DNA from: Thermoplasmatota archaeon
Lineage (GTDB): Archaea > Thermoplasmatota > JAKEGO01
Assembly: GCA_028279595.1 (NCBI GenBank)
Contig: JANQNK010000020.1
Span: forward strand, 288,001-352,000
Reading direction: 5' to 3'
Length of the DNA stretch: 64,000 bases
Made by a program: the position numbers and the translations under genes. Below are positions 60,833 to 64,000 of the stretch, one piece after another. The notes beneath the pieces were generated by a model. That model saw nothing but the letters and a program-made list of their open reading frames with translations. It was not told the origin of the DNA and ran no database searches. The stretch's first letter is position 1. Every line of letters starts with the position of its first letter.

Positions 60833-60953
60833 ATGGGCCAGGGCGGATCATCGCGGAACCTTCGGTCCCGCTTGCCTTGGAATTACTTCACTACCAGAAT
60901 TTATCAACCGTTATTCCAAGATCGAACTGCGTTCGAATCCGCCGCATGGCCCA
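60833..60953. repeat. tRNA-Val 3'-derived element (direct and inverted copies)
   Basis: 60833-60848 is identical to 60977-60992; 60931-60953 is an inverted imperfect copy. Confidence 0.8.
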
Positions 60954-60977
60954 ACCAATGATTGATTAATTAGAATA

Positions 60978-61050
60978 TGGGCCAGGGCGGATTCGAACCG
61001 CCGACCACTGCCTTGTAAGGGCAGCGTCATAACCACTAGACCACTGGCCC
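60978..61050 (-). tRNA. tRNA-Val(TAC)
   Basis: GGGCCAG acceptor, CTGCC-CTTACAA-GGCAG anticodon arm, GGCGG-TTCGAAT-CCGCC T-arm; no encoded CCA. Confidence 0.97.
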
Positions 61051-61058
61051 ATTGCTGC

Positions 61059-62444
61059 TCAATGATTACCGTAATGCGTCTCTATGAACGCTTCCTTGAT
61101 GCGCTTCAGGTCCTCCTTCGGGAGGGTGCTCATCAGCTTCCATCCCAGGTTGAGCGTGTCATCTATCGACCTGTCCTCGTGTTCTGCCTGCGTCACGAGC
61201 TCGTTCTCGAAGAGGTCGGTGAACTGCAGATAGAGCTTGTCCCTGTCCGTTAAAGCCTCTTCACCGACAACAGCGATCAGTTCCCTGAAGTCCTTGCCCT
61301 CGGCATAGGCGGAGTACATCTGGTTGGATACGTCGTCGTGGTCCTCGCGGGTCCTCTCCGGTCCGATGCCGTGCTTCATCAGTCTGGACAGGCACGGAAG
61401 CACGTCGACGGGAGGATAGATTCCTCTCCTGTGAAGGTCCCTCGACAGAACGATTTGTCCTTCAGTGATGTAACCTGTCAGATCGGGAATCGGGTGTGTG
61501 ATGTCGTCGTCGGGCATCGTCAGGATCGGGATCTGCGTTATGGAGCCCTCCTTCCCGAATATTCGACCTGCGCGCTCGTAGATCGATGCGAGGTCGGTGT
61601 ACATGTACCCTGGATATCCCCGTCGTCCGGGAACCTCCTCGCGCGCTGCGGCGATCTCGCGGAGAGCCTCGGCGTAGTTCGTCATGTCCGTCAACACGAC
61701 GAGCACGTGCATGTCGAGATCGAAGGCTAGGTACTCCGCCGCTGTCAGGGCCATCCTCGGAAGGATGATCCTCTCGATGGCGGGGTCGTCGGCGAGGTTG
61801 ATGAAGAGAACGGACCTCTCGATGGCGCCGGTGTCCTCGAACTCGTGTACGAAGAAGTTCGCCTCCTCGGCCGTGATGCCCATGGCGCAGAAGACCACAG
61901 CGAACTCCTCGCCCTGACCCTTCACCGCGGCCTGCCTGGCTATCTGCGCGGCGAGGTTGTTGTGAGGCAATCCAGCACCGGAGAAGATAGGGAGTTTTTG
62001 TCCTCGTACGAGCGTGTTCATGCCGTCGATCGTGGATATTCCAGTCTGGATGAACTCCCGGGGGTACTCACGGGCCGTCGGATTGATCGGAGCGCCGTTG
62101 ATGTCCTTCCTCTCGTCCGGCACGATCTCCATCCCGTCGTCCAGTGGCTGTCCCGTCCCGCCGAAGACCCGTCCGAGGATCTCCTTCGAGACCCCGAACT
62201 TGATGGTCTCTCCCGTGAAGCGGACCGCGGTGTCCTTGACGTCCACGCCCTTCGTTCCCTCGAAGACCTGGATGACGGCCCTGCTCTCGTGGACCTCAAG
62301 GACCTGTCCGTGGCGTGTGTCGCCGGTCCCGGTCTTGATCTTGACGAACTCGCCGAAGAAGACGTCGTCGACGCCCTCGACGACGATCAATGCTCCGGAC
62401 GCCTCGATGACGCTCCTGTAGTCGATGTTCTTGCTCGTGATCAT
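61059..62444 (-). CDS. atpB: A/V-type ATP synthase subunit B
   Basis: [46 protein letters not shown]. Confidence 0.97.
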   Translation of the reverse strand: MITSKNIDYRSVIEASGALIVVEGVDDVFFGEFVKIKTGTGDTRHGQVLEVHESRAVIQVFEGTKGVDVKDTAVRFTGETIKFGVSKEILGRVFGGTGQPLDDGMEIVPDERKDINGAPINPTAREYPREFIQTGISTIDGMNTLVRGQKLPIFSGAGLPHNNLAAQIARQAAVKGQGEEFAVVFCAMGITAEEANFFVHEFEDTGAIERSVLFINLADDPAIERIILPRMALTAAEYLAFDLDMHVLVVLTDMTNYAEALREIAAAREEVPGRRGYPGYMYTDLASIYERAGRIFGKEGSITQIPILTMPDDDITHPIPDLTGYITEGQIVLSRDLHRRGIYPPVDVLPCLSRLMKHGIGPERTREDHDDVSNQMYSAYAEGKDFRELIAVVGEEALTDRDKLYLQFTDLFENELVTQAEHEDRSIDDTLNLGWKLMSTLPKEDLKRIKEAFIETHYGNH

Positions 62445-64000
62445 TCCATCACCTCCAGGTTCGCCATCTCGTTCTCGAGCCTCTGCTCGATCTTCACGAA
62501 CTCGGCCTCGTACTGGTCCAGCGGGATCCTGCCCATCCTGGCCAGGTCCTCACGACCCTTGACCGCCTTGATGGTCGTGATCTCGACGTTCCTGTCGAGG
62601 GCCTCCATCGCGAGGTCGTGGTACTTCATCATGATCCGGAGCATCTCGAACTGCTTCCTGTCGGAGCAGTAGGTGTCCACCGGATCGTAGGCGTGCTGCC
62701 TCAGGAAGTCCTCCCTGATGACCCTCGCGGCCTCAAGTACGACCTGGTCTGACGGCGGAAGCGCGTCCGGTCCAACGAGCTGGATGATGTCCTTGAGTTC
62801 GGCCTCCTTCTGGAGGAGCTGCATGGCCTTCTCCCTTGTGGAGTACCAGGCCGGGTCGACGTTGTCTGCCCACCAGCCCCTGACCTTCTGGAGATACAAT
62901 GAATAGGATCGCAGCCAGTTGATGGACGGGAAGTGACGCCTGTCCGCGAGGTCGGCGTCGAGCGCCCAGAACACCTTGGCTATCCTGAGAGTGTTCTGCG
63001 TAACAGGCTCGGAGAAGTCTCCGCCTGGCGGCGACACCGCCCCGATGATCGAGATGGAACCCGACCGTCCCTGCACGACCTCGACCTGACCGGCCCGCTC
63101 GTAGAACTCCGCAAGCCTGGTCGCCAGGTAGGCTGGGTAACCCTCCTCGCCGGGCATCTCCTCGAGACGGCCCGAGATCTCCCTCAGGGCCTCGGCCCAT
63201 CGGGACGTCGAGTCAGCCATCAGGGCGACGTTGTAGCCCATGTCGCGGAAGTACTCGGCTATCGTGATACCAGTGTAGATGGAAGCCTCGCGTGCAGCCA
63301 CTGGCATGTTCGATGTATTGGCGATGAGTATCGTCCTTGCCATGAGCTTCTCGCCGGTCCTCGGGTCCTCGAGTTCCGGGAACTCGTCGAGCACCTCTGT
63401 CATCTCGTTCCCGCGCTCGCCGCATCCGACGTAGACCACTATCTCGGCGTCGCTCCACTTCGCCAGCTGATGCTGGCTGACGGTCTTGCCCGTTCCGAAA
63501 CCTCCGGGAATGGCAGCGGTCCCGCCCTTCGCAATCGGGAAGAACGTGTCGAACACGCGCTGACCCGTTATCAGCGGTAGGAATGGATCGAACTTCTTGA
63601 GATACGGACGCTCGCGCCTTACGGGCCATCTCTGAGAGAGCTTGATCTCCGTCTTGCCGACCCGCGCAACGACGTCGTCGATGGAATATTCACCGGCTGA
63701 CGCGATGAATCCTACCCTTCCGCTAACGCCGGGAGGGACCATTATCCTGTGCTCGACGACCGGTGATTCCTGGACCTTTCCGAGGATCGCATTGCCTGAG
63801 ACCTCGTCCCCGACGGACGCGGACGGCGTGAAGTGCCACATGTGGTCCCTGTTCAGCGGCGAGACGTTCACACCGCGATCGATGTACTCGCCCGTCAGCT
63901 CCTTGATGTCCGCCAGCGGCCGCTGGATACCGTCATAGATCGTACCGATCAGGCCGGGTCCGAGCTCGACGGAGAGCTGTTCCCCGGTTGTCTCCACCAC
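62441..64000 (-). CDS. atpA: A/V-type ATP synthase subunit A (5' end outside window)
   Basis: [36 protein letters not shown]. Confidence 0.97.
   Translation of the reverse strand: MVETTGEQLSVELGPGLIGTIYDGIQRPLADIKELTGEYIDRGVNVSPLNRDHMWHFTPSASVGDEVSGNAILGKVQESPVVEHRIMVPPGVSGRVGFIASAGEYSIDDVVARVGKTEIKLSQRWPVRRERPYLKKFDPFLPLITGQRVFDTFFPIAKGGTAAIPGGFGTGKTVSQHQLAKWSDAEIVVYVGCGERGNEMTEVLDEFPELEDPRTGEKLMARTILIANTSNMPVAAREASIYTGITIAEYFRDMGYNVALMADSTSRWAEALREISGRLEEMPGEEGYPAYLATRLAEFYERAGQVEVVQGRSGSISIIGAVSPPGGDFSEPVTQNTLRIAKVFWALDADLADRRHFPSINWLRSYSLYLQKVRGWWADNVDPAWYSTREKAMQLLQKEAELKDIIQLVGPDALPPSDQVVLEAARVIREDFLRQHAYDPVDTYCSDRKQFEMLRIMMKYHDLAMEALDRNVEITTIKAVKGREDLARMGRIPLDQYEAEFVKIEQRLENEMANLEVME

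Overview
GC-rich archaeal chromosomal segment, most consistent with Thermoplasmatota. Evidence: archaeal lipid reductase plus ferredoxin, Sec61-gamma/SecE, archaeal-type TpiA, A/V-type ATPase A and B, TrmB, archaeal pilin-like proteins, a tRNA gene without encoded CCA, and a heliorhodopsin resembling the Thermoplasmatales type. Gene content: an RHH-sat-DHH-cysC PAPS operon with a distant sulfotransferase; four genes sharing a pilin-like domain; an Lrp plus receiver/PPDK-N gene near gdhA, separated from it by an AT-rich insert; orphan TadB/C-like genes; an alpha/alpha-toroid protein coupled to an N-domain-less Cdc48-like ATPase ending in HbYX; two giant surface proteins; and an SPFH/Zn-ribbon/HtpX cluster. 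The most unusual signals are non-coding. They are a dispersed bulged-hairpin repeat family in divergent promoter regions (including a 75-bp tandem array), three multi-hairpin RNA candidates, and a tRNA-Val trailer carrying both an antisense and a sense copy of the tRNA 3' end. All calls are from reading motifs by eye; no searches or folding were run.
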